From assembly GCA_000002445.1 (NCBI GenBank), contig CP000070.1, positions 1,280,001-1,344,000 on the forward strand: a stretch of DNA of 64,000 nt, given 5' to 3'. Every line of letters starts with the position of its first letter. The first letter of the stretch is position 1. A program made the translations under genes and the position numbers. Source of the DNA: Trypanosoma brucei (Eukaryota). Below, one piece after another: positions 60,657 to 64,000 of the stretch. Below the pieces are notes generated by a model. It saw only the letters and a list, made by a program, of their open reading frames with translations. It had not been told where the DNA came from and did no database searches.

Positions 60657-62858
60657 TTGGACCTCTTTGCGCATCCCCGTGGGTTGATGCTTCGGCACGC
60701 GTTGAAACTTTTTTGCTGCAGTGTGCCGCTAAACTCTCGCGTTGGTATATTTCCGCTTCACCTTGATCCACCCACTGTACAGCACAGGGAACTCTTCCGG
60801 CTGCTCGTGGGTGACATTGGGAAGGGATGCAGTCCCCCCAGAAGCGGTGGAAACACGGCAGAAATCCCGTGGTACTTCGAAGGCCTTGCGGGGAGTCTAC
60901 AGAAGAGTAGATGTGTGCCTTTTGAGCACCTTATATTGGTTCCCAACACACGTTTCCCCGTCGAGCTTCGGCTCTCAGCCCATATTGCGGCATTAACGTC
61001 ACTTGTGACGCGTGGGCTTCCCCGCGTGCACGTTGATTTCACCGCACTTGAGAACCCAGATGATGATATGCTCTGTGTGTACGAATTAACTCAGAGATAT
61101 AAGAATAGTACTCTTGTGCATTGGCTGCAGGATGCTCAGGAGATGCAAAAGTGGGCCTACTTCGGCGATGTGAAACACCGTGTTCCGCTCTTACTCTTGC
61201 AAACCGTGAGCATTCCTGTCACCGCTGTGGGTAAAGCAGGCGACGCCCGAATGCTTGAAAAGATCAGCGCCAACAGCGAGGGCATCTCGAATATGCCGGG
61301 GGAAGCCGCGGAGCACTCCAAAAAGGAGTGTGGGAGTGTGGGTGGTGAACCACCGCGGAACAGTGATAATTCCGCTAATGGCAGCAAGGTAAGTAGTGAG
61401 TACCCATCGGATGGTTGGATAAATGAGGGTGGTGGCGAAGAGGAAGTTGAAATAAGCCCGGCGTATCAATGTTACCCGAGGGCACTGTGGCTCGCCAATT
61501 CGGACGATACTCCGTTACACCTTGAAGCTGTGGACGAGGGTGACCACGAAATCAACAACGCAAAGGATGACTGTGACGAGGGTGCCGTTACTATTAGAGC
61601 AAACCCCAGTTCACAAGCGGAGGGGGACCCTCACGCCGTGAGCACACGACGTTTTTTCAGTGCCCTCAGCGCCACCCACGATCGTGCGTTGTGTGCGGTG
61701 CAGGTGGGCCGGAAGATTCATGACCTTGTGAAGGAACTCTGTCTAACTCCGAGTCACTCTCAAAAACCACACGAAGGTTTCAGTACTGCGCCGATGCCGC
61801 AACCCCGCGTTGAGGTTTATTCCGTTCCTCGGTGCTGTGGGGCCGACGTAAGGCAAGCGCTATGGGAACGGGAGGTGGATCCTTCGGCACTGCTGACGGA
61901 GCCTGTAAATCATTACATCAATAGTCATGGTCTATACCGTGATTATCGTAAGGATGTTTTCCCCAAGATGACATACATTTTACACAGTATACCCTCGAGC
62001 GACCGTACTGAGAACAAGATACGCAAAGGAAGGTTGCCGAATATTGGGTTCACTTCTGTTCTCTCCTTTCCGGGGATAATCCCCCGGCTTGAATTGCACT
62101 ATGACAAGAACAACAGCTTGGCATGTGATTTGTACGAAAAGTTGAGCATATTTAGCACACCTGAGGGTATGGAACCGGATCTCATTGTTCCCATTGGTGG
62201 TGATGGTTACATGATGCATTGCATTAGGAATAACTGGAGTCGATTCCTACCCTTTTTTGGAGTGAATGCTGGGCATGTAGGCTACCTTCTGAACGACCCC
62301 TCCACCGTCGAGGAGCTTCTCACTGCACCCCTGAAGCTGCACACTACAACCATGCTTTACTGCTTGGCTGAGAGGGAGGATGCACTTAGCGGGGAGAAAG
62401 TCCTTCTTTCCGAGCTTGCCTTCAACGATGCGTGGGTTGAGCGTTCGAGTGGACAGACAGCACTCATCCGTATTCTTATCAATGGCGAGGAGCGGATTCA
62501 TCGATTACGCGGTGATGGAGTGCTGGTGTCCACAGCGGCTGGAAGTACGGCTTACTGTCGCGCACTCGGTGCTTCTCCAGTTCCTGTCGGCGCACCCCTG
62601 ATCCAAGTGGTTGGGAGTAATGTAGTGTCACCTGCTCAATGGAGGCCTACGCACCTGCACCAGGAGGATCAGGTGGAACTGGAGGTGATTGACAGCGCCA
62701 AGCGACCTTGTCGGTGCTTCGTGGATTCCGTTGATGTCGGGAATGTCACGCGCTTGCAGGTGCGTTCGAGCAGGGCAGCCGGAGTTGTAATTGCTTTTGC
62801 GTGTAGTTGCGATCTCCAGCAGAAGCTGTACGAAATGCAGTTCCCCGCGAACATGTGA
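60657..62858 (+). CDS. Protein with C-terminal ATP-NAD kinase (NADK/PpnK) domain and an N-terminal extension of about 480 aa with no recognizable domain
   Basis: C-terminal motifs: LIVPIGGDGYMMH (the GGDG motif). GVNAGHVGYLLN corresponds to NxGxLGFL. NDAWVERSSGQTALIRILINGE. DGVLVSTAAGSTAYCRALGASPV corresponds to DGxxxxTPTGSTAYSxSAGG. Confidence 0.8.
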   Translation: MDLFAHPRGLMLRHALKLFCCSVPLNSRVGIFPLHLDPPTVQHRELFRLLVGDIGKGCSPPRSGGNTAEIPWYFEGLAGSLQKSRCVPFEHLILVPNTRFPVELRLSAHIAALTSLVTRGLPRVHVDFTALENPDDDMLCVYELTQRYKNSTLVHWLQDAQEMQKWAYFGDVKHRVPLLLLQTVSIPVTAVGKAGDARMLEKISANSEGISNMPGEAAEHSKKECGSVGGEPPRNSDNSANGSKVSSEYPSDGWINEGGGEEEVEISPAYQCYPRALWLANSDDTPLHLEAVDEGDHEINNAKDDCDEGAVTIRANPSSQAEGDPHAVSTRRFFSALSATHDRALCAVQVGRKIHDLVKELCLTPSHSQKPHEGFSTAPMPQPRVEVYSVPRCCGADVRQALWEREVDPSALLTEPVNHYINSHGLYRDYRKDVFPKMTYILHSIPSSDRTENKIRKGRLPNIGFTSVLSFPGIIPRLELHYDKNNSLACDLYEKLSIFSTPEGMEPDLIVPIGGDGYMMHCIRNNWSRFLPFFGVNAGHVGYLLNDPSTVEELLTAPLKLHTTTMLYCLAEREDALSGEKVLLSELAFNDAWVERSSGQTALIRILINGEERIHRLRGDGVLVSTAAGSTAYCRALGASPVPVGAPLIQVVGSNVVSPAQWRPTHLHQEDQVELEVIDSAKRPCRCFVDSVDVGNVTRLQVRSSRAAGVVIAFACSCDLQQKLYEMQFPANM

Positions 62859-64000
62859 GCGGCTGACATTTGCAGCAACGCGAAACGATGATAATGATGA
62901 TTTGTACGAAATCCAAAACGAAACCTGTAGAGCGGATAAAAAGTCACGTGTGATTTGCATTGACCTTACTGTACGTTTGCTCCTTTACTTTGTAGTTATT
63001 CGCTTTCTCGTTGATGAGTGTGAGGGTTGTACAAGTTGGTGGACATGAGTGTTTTTGTGTGGTTGTCGAGGGTAATGTGGTGACGAGGTAAACAAGGCAA
63101 TGGAGCAAAGCTTGCTGGGGAGTGGTGGTGGATGGATTCCGTTTACTCTCTTTTGCATCTTTTTGGTGGGGTCTTTTTCGTTGTTGTTTCGCTGTGTGCC
63201 GCGGTGGAGTTCCTTCCCGTTTGCAAAACGACGCATATTTCATATCGGTGATATCATGGTAAAGGTCACATAGACTAGATAAGTGCATCTTTTCCCTCCG
63301 GGCCTTAATTGTTCAATTTTGTATAAAAAGGCTCTATCTTCCTTTTGCTGATGGTCGGTCCCGCAAGGAGGTGATAGAACGATCGCCCATGTATCTGTGC
63401 GCGCACTCGGATGATTGTGGTGTGTAAGAGCGGGCGCAGCGTCGACGGGCTCGTCTGCTCGTTCCGTAGGATGTGATTCCAATCTTTTCTTGCCCTTGTT
63501 ATTTATGCCGATTTTAGTTGTGGCCGTTTCAAATTGTCTTCCCTCCTTCGACCATCCCAAACTTCTTCTATTTTTTTCTTTTCTTACCAGTGCTAGAGTG
63601 TACCAAGGGCCCGTTCTGGTCGTACGGGGAGAAAGGCGTGGAGTTTGTCACTCTAGCGCAAGGATATAGGTTCAGTTAAGCAACAAAACTGAAATAGAGG
63701 GTTTCCGGAGAGGTATCAGAAAAAAATTACTAATAACAGAGATTAAAGTGCGAACGGTTGCAGACAGGCAATAAGAGGTCGAACTAACGGAAAGACAACA
63801 AGTTCATATGCAACACACCGAGGCGCAGTCACAGCAGATTTTGCCGCGTAGTGGGCGGGGCGGCGAATGTTTCGCAGATACACACACTCAAGTTGATGAC
63901 GGGGCAAGTGTGGTTTTTCCTGCCGCTGGTGGTTTATGCAGTCAATCTCAAACCCCCCAGGCTCCGCGTAGGAGGCCTCGTGTCATCACAGCACAAGACC

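Noticed and set aside
1-64000. CRISPR arrays, prokaryotic operons, IS elements, defence systems
   Set aside because: Sequence architecture is clearly eukaryotic and kinetoplastid: polycistronic arrays, polypyrimidine tracts, ribosomal protein L19e with an AKP tail, CLN3, kinesin. No direct repeat-spacer arrays and no Shine-Dalgarno-spaced operons.

Overview
The window looks like a trypanosomatid nuclear chromosome segment (Trypanosoma, brucei-like by composition). Long intron-less ORFs sit in two head-to-head polycistronic arrays. Intergenic regions are A/T- and pyrimidine-rich, with (TA)n and (CA)n/(GT)n microsatellites and no prokaryotic features. Positions 1-28035 carry a minus-strand array. 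It contains a partial gene at the window edge, a multipass membrane protein, an 862-aa membrane-anchored hypothetical, and an XRN-family 5'-3' exoribonuclease of 1418 aa. It continues with a conserved hypothetical, an FHA+BRCT protein that is a strong NBS1/nibrin candidate, a small Cys-rich predicted surface-protein ORF, RNase H1, and an S9A oligopeptidase-B-like serine peptidase. It ends with an NSDHL-like 3-beta-hydroxysteroid dehydrogenase and a 465-aa hypothetical. Positions 28036-37901 are a ~9.9 kb ORF-free divergent strand-switch region, the presumed RNA Pol II initiation zone. Within it, sequence composition switches near 33.0 kb. Inversely oriented (CA)n and (GT)n microsatellites lie at 32.9 and 36.2 kb. 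An unexplained GC-rich island sits at about 35.2-36.1 kb. Positions 37902-64000 carry a plus-strand array. It begins with glutamine synthetase type II, whose true start is probably an internal Met. It continues with a CCCH zinc-finger/LRR protein with a C-terminal tail anchor, a 783-aa hypothetical, and two tandem copies of ribosomal protein L19e whose CDSs are identical while their flanks differ. A small Cys/His ORF lies between the two L19e copies. After that come an S/R-rich hypothetical and a kinesin-like protein with degenerate Walker-A and switch-II motifs. Then come a TPR protein with six 99-bp (33-aa) Q/P/W-rich tandem repeats, a CLN3/battenin homologue, a 657-aa hypothetical, and a protein with a C-terminal NAD kinase domain. 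No tRNA, rRNA, CRISPR or recognizable retroelement was found by eye. Nothing here resembles a prokaryotic 'system', so findings are about eukaryotic gene content, divergent paralogues, possibly unannotated small ORFs, and the unusual strand-switch region.
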